Shown here: positions 24,620 through 37,000 of the stretch, piece by piece | Layout of the letters: every line of letters begins with the position of its first letter | Numbering within the stretch: position 1 is the stretch's first letter | From: Mizuhopecten yessoensis | Taxonomy: Eukaryota | Reading direction: 5' to 3' | DNA length: 64,000 bases | Assembly: GCF_002113885.1 (NCBI RefSeq) | Contig: NW_018406415.1 | Span: forward strand, 1,707,038-1,771,037 | Notes under the pieces: generated by a model | Database searches by the model: none | What the model was told of the DNA's origin: nothing | Seen by the model: only the letters and a program-made list of their open reading frames with translations | Position numbers and translations under genes: made by a program

Positions 24620-25729
24620 AAGTCATGCCGACCGGAAATGAAAAACAGGCATCTAAGGATTAACCTTTTATTTTGTTTTGTTTAAGAGATAATAAATCCA
24701 ATGGAGCACGAGGTAAATTGTGCGTTTACGAAAAATTTACCGACTGCTCCATTGGATTTATTATCTCATAAACTGAACAAAGTAAAAGTTAAATCCTTAT
24801 ATTTACAATATTTTCTTATGACAATAACACCATTAAAAGAGTCGGATACAAGCATTTACCTTGTGTAATCTGCGTTCAAAACTATTTTGACGTCATTGTT
24901 AATCCATGCGCAACAGCCATTGACAACAAAAGGAAATAGTTCCTCCATTTCATTATGTTTATTCACATAAAATATCCATATTTTTTTTTATACAATATCT
25001 TCATAATTGTATTAGAAGCTAATGGGATAAATAATTTTATATTTGTATGGAATTGGGGCAAAATACTAAGTAGAAAATACTAATGACCGCGTACATCAAT
25101 CGTTTGAAAGTGATGCGCACAAAGGCGGGAAATAGAGAGTGCTACCATGTCGTCTAGCAATAGTGACTAGCCTAGGCCTGGTGGAAATTGAATGTGCAGT
25201 TATTGAAATTGCTGCTTGTAAGCATACCAGAGGTTTGTACAGATGACATGTATGATGTGGATAAATCGTTTGTCGGCCGAGTGACTTTTGGGAGACGAGA
25301 AATTTGCCCTACATTTCCAGGAACAATAGCCATCGTTTCTGTGTCATGGCGGCCGACACTCATAGATGAGAGAGTGGAGCTGATGGAGCGTTTTTGTACC
25401 GACAAACAATCGCGACTGTAGCTTCTGCCACTAGCTGACTAAAGCATCTTAATTAGAGAAATAATAAACACAACAAAAAATAAAATGAAATGTTTTTATT
25501 TTGGTGTCTCGAACGCACGGTACTCTAAATGCTAGCGTTTGTTTGTAAACATTGACACGAGGTTTGCGGAAAGAAGTCTGCCAATATTTACATATATCCA
25601 TACGCGTTCACGCTCTACACTCAAGTTATTGAGAAATAAACAGACTTGCCCACACTTAGGTTATCGATTCAGAAACAGTGGATATTGTAAATGTATCGAC
25701 CTTAAATGCCGATGGACTGTTTAAATTAG
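24620..25729 (-). mobile_element. Non-autonomous Crypton-like (tyrosine recombinase) DNA element
   Basis: Absent from the paralogous site (~33680). Flanked by TATA direct repeats. Subterminal ~146-bp hairpin at 24654-24799. Residual ORF end RSYSRDCLSVQKRSISSTLS...FNNCTFNF. Confidence 0.65.
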
Positions 25730-26146
25730 TATAGACTGTGGCGTAAGACAATTCACAATGACGTCATTGACCGTTTGTCCGACTGAACAATATAACAGAG
25801 TATATAATCCAGAAGCACAGGCTAATTTCTGTTGTTCTGTTTACCTGTTTGATTTGTGAAATTTATTAGGTTTTTACGACGAATAACATGAAATTTAGTT
25901 TTCATTACTATCAGCTTGTAACAGAAAAACACGTCATGTTCATATTTATAACAGCAAATTCAAAGTGATTGCAAGTAGCCTGTTTTAATACATTAAACAA
26001 CAAAATGGAAATAGAACAACACAGTAAAGTAATTGCATGTAAGCAGTATATGTTAAATAAACATATTAATCCAGATCATGACGTGATGCGTTTACGTCAG
26101 AGAAGCGTGGGGAGAAAATACGACAGATCGTGATATGTATTAGGGC

Positions 26147-29100
26147 TTATTTGGTTGGTTTTTCTTGTGAATAATGGTCCCATGTTTGGATAACTTTATA
26201 AAGGTTTTTGCCTGGGCAAGCTGTTGCACCGACATCACGGTGTCCGTACAGTTTATAGTCCTGAGAAATTTTGCCCATCTCAATGCCAAGCTGAATCATT
26301 CCTAGCACTGCTTTTAGAGCCCGTATATCCGGATGCGACTCGTCTTCTTCGAAGTTCCCCATGATGGAGAAAGCAACCGAGACGCCGTTCCAGCCCTTAG
26401 TATGAGCTCCGACTCTGTCCCAACCTCTTGCCTCAAAGACGTGACCGCCCTCACCAACCAGGAAGTTATAGCCTATATCATCCCATTCTGTGGAAATGAA
26501 ATTAGAAATCTGTTTAGTAAACCGTGCGTATTTAACGAGACATTGGGCGAAGCTTACAAAATAAAACCAAAAAAATATTTTTTATAGAACATTTTCAAAT
26601 AAAGTTTAATACTTTCTTTTGACAATGTAGTAAAATAAATACGTGATACCTGCATAGACGTACTGTCTGTCGGTGATTAAAGGATTAATGTTTTTATTTT
26701 AAGTAGAAAGGATAAATTTACTCGTGATAACCTGCGTTATGACCTCATAACCTAACCAAAATAGAAAACTACTTTTTTTATATTTACAATCTTTATTTCT
26801 GTGAAAACGTCAAAATTATTTGATAAAAAGTGTGATCAAAAGATACACAATTTCCCGTTTAAAACATTTTCAACGTTTGATCTGTTTAATAAAGGAGGTC
26901 TGGGCCCAGTTGTTCAAAGGGTGATTAGCTTAAACAGTGATTAGCGCAAATTTCAATTTTTGTATTACTTTGAAATATAACCATCAACTGAGTTAAGACT
27001 TTCCAGATCTCAAGTATTTAATAGAGTTATTGTATGTGTAAATTTCGAAGCGTTTACGTTGTATATTGACGAAATTATTAAAGGTTGAAAATTGTCGTTA
27101 AACAGTGATTAAGCTATTCATCTTTTGAACAACTGGGCCCTAGAAGTATGTAAAACGTTGCTGAACCCCGCCCACGCCTACTGTTGTTGACGTCACACAA
27201 TTTTAAACGCATTTGTTCGCAGAGATTTTGTCGACGTCATGGAAAATTGTCACGGTCTATGGAAAAGTTATATGAAGTGATAACCCTAATTTATCAATTT
27301 GTCTGTTAGTTAAAAAAACACGTTATTCTGTTCCTGAGTCAAGACAAACGTGTGCGAGGTGTGGATTTTCTTACTGTAATACCATTCTTCAGTAAGTATA
27401 ACTAGGGTACAGATTTTAAGTCCTTTTGACAAATAAGCTCCCAAAAATATCTGTGTTATGGAGAAGGTTCCTTTGAAGTTTGTTCAGCTGACATTAATGT
27501 ACATGTACAGTGCATTGATACTTGCGTTGCATACGTGTTAGATACACCTACCAAATAAAATTCGTATGGATTATTTCGGCAAGAGCAAAAGCATTCGAAA
27601 GATTTTCAGTTGTAGACAGGATGTTTTTTTCTGTTTTTCAGGATAATCTGAACTTTATAATGTCATTTTGTTTTGTCCACAGTTTGATAGAATAGTGGCT
27701 TCTGATTGATTAGCTATACTTTCTGTCTCTTACTCTGAAGGCAGATGTAGCAAATTCGTTACTGTTAGCCCAACAACAAGCTATTCAAGGTATCTGTACT
27801 CGCTAGTTTAGTTATACTTGCACCAAAATCCTTAGCCCGTATTTATGAAACCGTTCTCATGCTCAAGCATGGATTCTGTGCTCAAACCATTTTTATTTTC
27901 TGAACGCAATTGAATCCTGTGATACGGGCCAACACGTCATGTGCAACCATTCAAAACCATTTTCGGTTCGAAGTCTCTTCAAATCCTAACCAAAATATGT
28001 GTTTTTTCTTAATTGATCACCGGAACAAGAAAACGGGCATGAGCACAGAACCGAAGTTTGAGCAAGAGAACGGTTTCACGAATACGGGCCCAGATTGTCC
28101 GACAAGCCAGCCGGTGTTTTACAGAATAGATTTGCATAATTGTCCAAGTAATACAACTGTCTTATTCTAAAATTAATTTAGCTGAGAACAACAGTGGTTG
28201 AATCATTGAGGCTTTAGTAACCAGCAACGTTCAAGTTACATTTTGGATTGATATGCCTATTCTAAACATTATAATGATATATTAATTTTTTGCATTCGAG
28301 ATCAGATTTCAAAACATCAAATTTGTTAAGAAGTTCATATTATTTATTTTTCTATAGATAATAGAGGTGTATATAGGATGTACGTTAAAATCCCTATAGA
28401 ACACTGTCCTACATGTGTGTTATAGTTCATAAGATCATGTTTATCTAATGATGTACATACCAAATATTAGTATGTTATGGAAAGAATGTGTTTAATCCTG
28501 TATGCAAATACAGTGTATTAGTAACAATGACAGCAACTAATTTCAGGACCGGATGTTAATGTTTATTCACTGTGATTATATTTTGCTGCATCTTGTAATT
28601 ATTTATTTATTAGTATATTGATACGACGTGCATAAAATTACAAGAAACAATGTATCTTTCGGGCAGATATTTTTTGCAAATATTCCGTCACTAGATTCAG
28701 CTTCATAAAACTAAACTTTTGCAAATTTATAAATATTTAAGATAAGATTTGATGTTAAGTGTATACATTACGGACACACATTAAACTATTTCATATTTAA
28801 CAATTACTTTTGATAGTAGTACAAATTCCACTTTTGTAAAGACCTGTTCACATAAAGGACGAAGCGTTGACGACATAATACAGGCATAACGAATTTTCTA
28901 TTGTGATAACCATAGTGTAAATATTTACGTGTTCATCAAGCAATACTGTATAGCAGGGCATTTTGTATATTTTATGAAAAAATCCCAACATATTCCTCAG
29001 TCACTGGTAAAATCCCTATAAACACAATGCTAGTGTCACTCCTCAGGGTCGGACTCAATACGTGTTTTATGTTTTGTAATAATTTCGTCGGCGAGAAGTT

Positions 29101-30802
29101 TATTCGCCTTCAATACTACGGACGAAACTAAAACTTTAACTAATATTTTCTTACAAAAAATATTAATCTTACTTCGATCATCCATGTGGAAATTCTGAAT
29201 CGCTCGGACGGTTTCACTACCCTCCTGTTGTGTCGTGGTATGTTTTCCGGCTGTGTGATGAACGAAAACAATTTTCACGGGAGTCTTCATAGCGTCTGAC
29301 CCTTTTGTATCCATTGCTTTCCATTGTGCCCTGGCCACAATATCTGAAGGAAACAGAATCAAGTTAACACGTTTTGATCAGGAGAACGATCAATCATAAA
29401 AGTGGTATAGTCGATATTCTATTATGAAATATGTAACAACTAAACACATTTACTTCCACTACCCCTTTAGGACTTAGAGTTGGAGGATTTAATTATTCAC
29501 TAGTTGGTAATATCCTCTACGTTTTCATTAGTCAAACTTATAATTTTGACGTCAGGTACCAATGTTTTGCCCTGGCATCTTCCATTGTGACATTATATAC
29601 ATGTAGCTTACCCAATCTGAGAGAGGAATAATGTATTTCTAAGGGAACATATAGTTTTCTTAATAATGATAATCAGAACGGTATTTAGAAAAATAAATAC
29701 CCTCAAACTTGTGATGAGTGATACAAGTGTTATCTAACTACTGTTGAAAAATTAAAAATATATTTGATAATATTCCTGTCTTTCTAATATTTTAAAACGA
29801 AAATACCTGAGTTATATAAGCATGATGACCAGCCAGCAGTCATTAGGAAACCTCTACATATTAATTTGGTGTCGAATATTAAGCTCATGTTATTATAGGA
29901 TTTGTTACGTATGTTTTTAAATTGATTTGCGGCAATTTCAGTATAGTAATAGTTTTCTTGTTTTATGACCTGAAATGGGCGAAGTTAAGCAGAAACGGTA
30001 CAAAATATTAGAAGGAGAGAATCCCCGTGCGTGTTATATGCACCCAGATACCACCTTTACGAGGTGTAACCTGTACAGGGTCCAACCGATTTCAATGCGG
30101 CGAGACGGGACAGGTGTACTTGCACATATATGAGTTAATGTAAACTTGTGATAAAATTTATAAAATTATATTTAAGTCCACAGGTGAAATGATAATACAA
30201 TATATTTAGTTTATCAAATCCACAATGTCAGCAACGTGACATATGATTGACTGCAATGTTTGTTTTACAACGCGCTAATGCTAAATATAAACGGTGGAGT
30301 CTATCATTTCGGAACTTGTCCATTAACTTTGAGTTTACTGGTGGCATTGGTGACAGTTAAGAACTGCTTTGTTTCCTTAAAATAACTCGAGACTATTTTT
30401 ATTCATCCAGATAAAAATGTTGCCAACATACAATCGGTTTTGCTGTGCTCGAAGTAACCGACTGTACCGTCGAACCTTGCTAATTGACTCAGCCAGCAAG
30501 TATACAGTTGTGTCACCACTGATTCGTCCATTCAGTGTTTAAAGGGACATATTCGTTTTTATTTTCAACGAGGCTTCAATGTGATCGCGTGTGTTATATA
30601 TGTGTAACACACATGACCTTTACACCACCATGACCGTCAAGTACTTTGAACTACATAAGTACTATGTATACACATTATGGGTGTATATGAACCCATATGA
30701 GTTAAGTGTATTAATTGACCTCAAGTCGTAACATCAGTGCGTTAGTATACACATATACTTCTTCATATTGTATATATACATACCTGTACTTGTGTAGGCC
30801 AT
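26147..30802 (-). CDS. PGRP: Peptidoglycan recognition protein, short amidase type (N-acetylmuramoyl-L-alanine amidase), copy 1 (~176 aa)
   Basis: Exons 30802-30784, 29343-29173, 26487-26147 (531 nt, phases consistent). Motifs VFVHHTAG, IQNFHMDDRKWDDIGYNFLVG, RGWDRVGAHT and GHRDVGATACPG. Confidence 0.95.
26902..27140. mobile_element. MITE (PIF/Harbinger-like TIRs) in a PGRP copy 1 intron
   Basis: TIRs GGGCCCAGTTGTTCAAA... / ...TTTGAACAACTGGGCCC. Absent from the paralogous position (~34815). Confidence 0.85.
27835..28091. mobile_element. MITE shared by both duplication units (paralog at ~35377-36272)
   Basis: TIRs GCCCGTATTTATGAAACCGTTCTCATGCTCAA / TTGAGCAAGAGAACGGTTTCACGAATACGGGC. Confidence 0.8.
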
Positions 30803-31274
30803 GTTTAGTCAACGGAGCGTGGAGATGTGTACGTGTAGTTTTCGAACTGAATTCGTGAATTATGTCCGGCCCGGACGACCTGTGAAATGAAACAACATAA
30901 AGTGTATACTGTTACAACGTAAAATGTCGACTAATATATCATAGTGTTAACCTGTCAATACAATGTAGATAAAAGATGACAATTACACAGGTACACAGGT
31001 GTTATAAAATACTCCAAATAACATAGGTATTGATAATAATATAAACGAATACAAAATGACACCAAAATATTACCTCATACGACACCTTTAAATTCTCAGG
31101 AAATAATTAAATGTATGAAAATATGAAAAATGAGTTCAAATCAAATTATAGCATGTTACGTTCATATTAATGTGATAAGCTTAATACACATTAAATTATA
31201 TTCAATTATCAATGCTACTTACCTTATCGACTCGTCAATCTAAATACACCTCGGATTATCATGAAATTACTACC

Positions 31275-31284
31275 GGGTTTTTCC
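31275..31284. promoter_or_regulatory. Putative NF-kB/Rel site upstream of PGRP copy 1
   Basis: GGGTTTTTCC, conserved as GGGGTTTTCC at 39971-39980 in copy 2. Lies near a conserved upstream splice donor (31222/39918). Confidence 0.45.
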
Positions 31285-31663
31285 CAATATAAATATACGC
31301 CTCTGTTCAAATGCAAAATAGACTTAGCAGACCCAGGTTATTTTGTATCTTTGTACTTTAACCAAGACTTTGTAGAGATTTAAATTTTAAATGTCCAAAC
31401 GTTATTGATATATCTGAATATTTCAAACGGCACTTGATTGCACATTTATGTTCGTTTTATGTTAGGAAAAGGTTCATGTTGACAGTCAATATGTTCTTAA
31501 ACATACAAAATGGGGTGGCGTGGGGTTATTTCTATATTTGAAGTTATATCTGAGTTAAACAATGTACACTATGTCTTAGAAGAATCTATACGCCTACATT
31601 TGTCATCTGTCATAAATAGTGCATACATTTTGCTCCTTGAAGCGCTGAATTATTATTCATTCG

Positions 31664-31694
31664 GGGACTTCCCAGAAGTAAGTTGATGACGTCA
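31664..31694. promoter_or_regulatory. Putative kB site plus CRE upstream of PGRP copy 1
   Basis: GGGACTTCCC (31664-31673) and TGACGTCA (31687-31694). The CRE is conserved at 40420-40427; the kB site is degenerate there. Confidence 0.4.
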
Positions 31695-32679
31695 CATCTT
31701 TTTAAACACGCATTAGACATAGTCTGTTTGGAAATGAACAAATAGTTTACAAAAGCAATAATTTAAAATAATTGACACACGTACCTCTGCTACCTTTTCT
31801 GGTTACAATAACCTCAAAGCTTTACCCAAAATTATGATTGCTGTTTTACCAAGTGAATAAGTGGGAGAGGGATGAACCCGGAAGATCAATTTAGGTTAAG
31901 AGTACATAATATCACAACAAGGAAAAAGATCGCAAAACGCTCTTGCTGCAATTTGTCAGCTACAAAAAATATGTTTAAATATTGTTTTTTTGCGGTCTGT
32001 TTCAGGCAGTGTTTTTTTTAGAACTGTTAATGAAATATGTTGACGTTATTTAATATAATTTGAGAATGAGGTCATCCCATATATTCTGTATTGTGTTTTT
32101 GTATTTTGTATTTTACATTTAGTAACAATAGCATATGTTATTGTGGTATTTAGTGACTCTCAAACTGACAGAGAAACATTACAACAAAAGTAAACATGAG
32201 CAGGCAATGGATACTATATGTATTTGTAGGAAAGGAAGGGTGTCAATTTAGGCATTCTGGTGGCTTTCACCGATAGTTTTATACCTTGGGATAATTCCGT
32301 TATGCTATGACATGAAAATAAAGTCAGCTTGCAGTCTATTCCGGGGAAATTAGGGGGTAAAGCGGGGGACCAAATGGCATATATTTTACAACACCACATG
32401 TTTTTGTTGCAAGCTTGCTTCATAATTTGGATGTATTGTGTAACAATAAAACTACAAATAACAAAAATGACCGACAAGACTAGCACAAAGTTGATAAGTA
32501 GGTCATGGCGACCTTGTTATGAACCTGTTTACTATATGTCAATGATACTTTATATTTTGTGCCTACATATTAGAACCATACAATAATCTTACCAAATCTC
32601 AAGAAACGGGGATGTAAGTTAGCGGAGGTGACCTCCTGAAAAGGAGACGTGATCTGTAATATGCAGAATGCATGTGTGT

Positions 32680-32965
32680 AGTTATAGTTATGATGTTGTG
32701 CGTGCAGACGGTACCTGCGACGACGCCGTTGTGGCACTTTGAATAGGAATTGGAACGGACACACACCAAAGGTAATGAGCCAAATCAACGAAGTTATGAC
32801 GGCAGTCTGCGTGTATCCATCGACTCCCTTTCCCAACGTACAAAATGGCGGATGTGCCTTCAACAACCAGATGCGTTTACAAAGAGGAAACCGAGGAGGC
32901 GGAGCCGGTTCAACAATGATGTAAATAGCCAGACAATTGATTAATAGGTGGGGCGGTTTCGGAAT
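32680..32965 (+). pseudogene. Lipocalin pseudo-exon (3' half of exon 2 only)
   Basis: Similar to 23650-23905 (DGTCD...LNRNWNGHTPKVMSQINEVMTAVCVYPS...QNGGC). It has a frameshift near 32735 and lacks a splice acceptor and exon 1. Confidence 0.85.
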
Positions 32966-34050
32966 GGGAGCGAATTGGTGACGTAAAAGCTAACGTCATC
33001 ACGTAACTCTTCAAGTGATATATATAGCGTGCTATTGAACTATGACTTTTCCTAGTGACACTCTCGGACATTTAATATCCCATTTAGATGGAGTTTACTG
33101 TGGTGCTGGTTTGCGATGGTGACTTTGCATATAATCATAAATATTTCCGTGTTAAGATACAAACTAACTACCAAAAAGATTAATTTTATGTTGAATCATA
33201 ATTATGTTTTATTTGTTTGTATAGGATTTAATACATTTGACGTCGACAAAAGCTGCAATAAACATGCCTATTGATGTATATAACACATCACTATGTCGCC
33301 GTTGTTGTTATTGTACAATATCATAAAATAATCTAAGATTCCCGTCAAATAACCAAACATCCGGATTGTGCATTGCTAAGGGTTGAACGAACCTAAATTC
33401 AGCTCAGGGATTTTTAAGATACGGCTCTAAATAGAGACAGGAGTAACTATATTTCGTATTCAATCGAAGGACGATAGAGTAAAAATGCCTTTGTGACAAC
33501 ATTTTTTTCTGAAATTAAGTCACATTGCCATATTGAAATAACCCATATCGACGTAAAACAAGAACTCACAAAAAAAACCCCAGAAAAATAACTCAATTTT
33601 AATCATTCCTTCGTTCAACAAACATTCGTATCTTATTGGTCAAAATTTCCTCTTCGTACACATTTAGTAAAAAAATATTATAGACTGTGACGTATAGCAA
33701 TTCACAATGACGTCATTGGCCTTGTGTCCGACTGTATAGCAGAAACACAACCTCATTTCTGTTGTTCTTTTGTTATTGTTTTGTTTTTTAATGTATTAAT
33801 TGATACGGCAAATATTAATTAACTACATTTTTCATTGTTATAAGATTGTGACGGTGATTCAAAGAGATTGTAAGTTAGATGTTTTAATTACATTTAACAA
33901 CTTAATGGAAATAGAACAACACATTCCTTGCAGAAAGGTTATTATGCTCAAGCAGTATGTAATAACATGTTAATCCAGATCATGACGTAATGCGTTTACG
34001 TCAGAGAAGCGTGGAAAGAAAATACGACAGATCGTGATGTCAATCAGGGT

Positions 34051-37000
34051 TCATTTGGTTGGTTTTTCTTTCGAAAAATGGTCCCATGTTTGGATAATTT
34101 TATAAAGGTTTTTGCCTGGGCAAGCTGTTGCACCGACATCACGGTGTCCATACAACTTATAGTCCTGAGAAATTTTCCCCATTTCAATGCCAAGCTGAAT
34201 CATTCCTAGCACTGCTTTAAGAGCCCGTGGATCCGGATGTGACTCATCGAAGTTCCCCATGATGGAGAAAGCAACTGAGACGGCGTTCCAGCCCTTAGTA
34301 TGAGCTCCGACTCTGTCCCAGCCTCTTGCCTCAAACACGTGACCGCCCTCACCAACCAGGAAGTTATAGCCTACATCGGCCCATTCTGTGGAAAAGAAAT
34401 TATGAATCTGTTAATGAAAGCGTGCGCATTTAAAGAGACATTAAGGATAGTCTGCAAAACTACCAAAATACATTTCTTTTAAAAAAAATCCAATTAAGTT
34501 TATCAGTTGATATTTATTTCGAAATACGTTCTTTTGTCACCGTAGCAACATAACTACTGGATACCTTTATTGACGTACTGTCTGCCGGTGATTACAGGAT
34601 TAATGTTTCTATTTTAGGCAGATAAGGGTAAATTTACTCGTGAACACCGACGTTATGACCTCATCACCTGACCAAAATAGAAAATTATTCTTTACATTTA
34701 CAATGTTATTTCTGTGAAAACGTCATTATTATTTGATAAAAAAGTCTGATCAAAAGATACATAATTTCATGTTTAAAACTTGTTCAACGTTTGATCAGTT
34801 TAATAAAGGAGGTATAGGGTATGTAAAAGCCTTGATTAACCCCGCCCACGTCTGCTGTTGATGTCGTCACACAATTTGTCAAACATGAGTTCGCAGAAAA
34901 ATGACATTACTCCGCCCACACGTGTAATTGAATATAATTCTTCAGTTAGTATTACTAGGAAACAGATCATATTTCCGTTTGACAAATAACCTCCCAAAAA
35001 TATCTTTAGTATGATGGTTCATTTGAAGCAAGTTCAGCTGACATTAATGCACATGTACAGTGCATTGATATTTGCGTTACATATCTGCTAGATTCACCTA
35101 CTAAATAAAATTCGTATGATTCGTTTCCGCAAGAGAAAAAGCATTCGAATGAATTTCAATTGTAGACAGGAATTTTTCTCAGTTTGTCAGGATAATCTGA
35201 ATTTTATAATGTCATTTCGTGTGGTCCACAGTTTGATAGAATAGTGGCTTCCGATTGATTAGTTATAATTTCGGTCTCTTACTCGAAAAGGCAGATGTAG
35301 CAAGTTCATTAGTTAGCCTAACAACAAACTATTCAAGGTATCTGTACTCGTTAATTTAATTGTACTAAAATCCTTGACCCGTATCATGATACCCTTATCA
35401 TCCTCAGGTAGAAATGGCTTGACCCTAAAAATAAAGAGTATGTCTCGGATAAACATGGATAGCGGATTCATCCTGCACAACACACCTAAATATATATATA
35501 TTTATTTATAAACTACATTTTGACGTGTTTTTTTTAGAAGAATGAATATTTTTTCAAAAAGTGATTTCCCCATATTTGGGACTTGTGAAAACCATGGTTA
35601 CCACATCAAAAAACGACAAAAAAATAAAAATAAAAACATGATTTTTAACCCAAAATTTGACCCACGCAAGTAGTATTATTTTTCTTAAAACCTGTCTTTA
35701 GTTAAATATCACCTACTCGGTCACAGATACTCACGTTTTAGCATAGGTCGTCAAACTAGATTTTTCACAATATTTACACATGTGCTGAGTACAAAAATAG
35801 ACTACATGAAAAGCTAGCTTTTGTTGTGTAGACAGATTCGTAAATGGCCAAAATTGTAGTCTCAAGCCAAATTCGATTTTGTTTTAATGTGAAGCTCACA
35901 TAGTCCAATTCATCATGTATATGCCAATTTTAGAGCTGATCTTTATTCAACTTTTGATACATGTAATATTACAGGGGTTATTCATTGTACAAAAATATCA
36001 CCAATGGCCACCGTAAGCTACTGTACTGCTACCTCAAGCATGGATTCTGTGCTCAAAGCTATTTTTTTCTGAACGCATTTAAATCCTGTGATATGGGCCA
36101 AAATGTCATGTGCAACCATTCAACACCATTTTCGGTTTGAAGTCTCTTATTTTTTAAAAAAAAATCCTTTCCAAAATAGGTGTTTTTTCTTAATTGATCA
36201 CCTGAACAAGAAGATGGGCTTGAGCACAGAACCCGTGTTTGAGCAAGAGAACGGGTTCATGAATACGGCCCCAGATTGTCCTACAAGCCAGCCGGTGTTT
36301 TACAGAATAGATTGGCATAATTGTCTAAGTAATACAACTGTCTTTTTCTAAAACTACTTTAAGTATACTTTAAGCATATTCTTAACATTATAATGATATA
36401 TTCATTTTTTTTGTTGGTGAGATTTTAAAACATCATATTTGTTAAGAATATATAGATAATAGTGGTATATATATATAATGTACGTATACATCCTACTCGA
36501 ACACTGTCCTACATGTGTTGTATAGTTCATAAGATCATGTTTATCTGATGCCATACCAAGTATTAGTATTTCATGGAAAAAAATGTTTTTTAATCTTCTA
36601 TGCAAATAAAGTATATAAGTAACAACAGCAACAACTAATTTTGGGACAGCATGTTAATGTTTGTTCGACAATACTTTTATTGCTACATCTAATAATCATT
36701 TATATATAAGTATCTTTATAAGACGTGTATAAAGGATATAAGAACAATGCATCTTTCGGGCAGATTTTTTGCAAATATTTCGTCACCTGATTTAGCTTCA
36801 TAAAACAAAACTTTTGCAATTCTTTTCAAAAATTAAAGATAAGATTTTAAAGTTTAAACATTACGTTCACACATTATATATTTTCATATTTAACAAATAC
36901 TTTTGATGGAAGTACAAATTCCACTTTTGTAAAGACCCGTTCATATAAAGGGCGAAAACATAAAACAGGCAAGGAGAATTTTTGATTGTGATCACTATTG

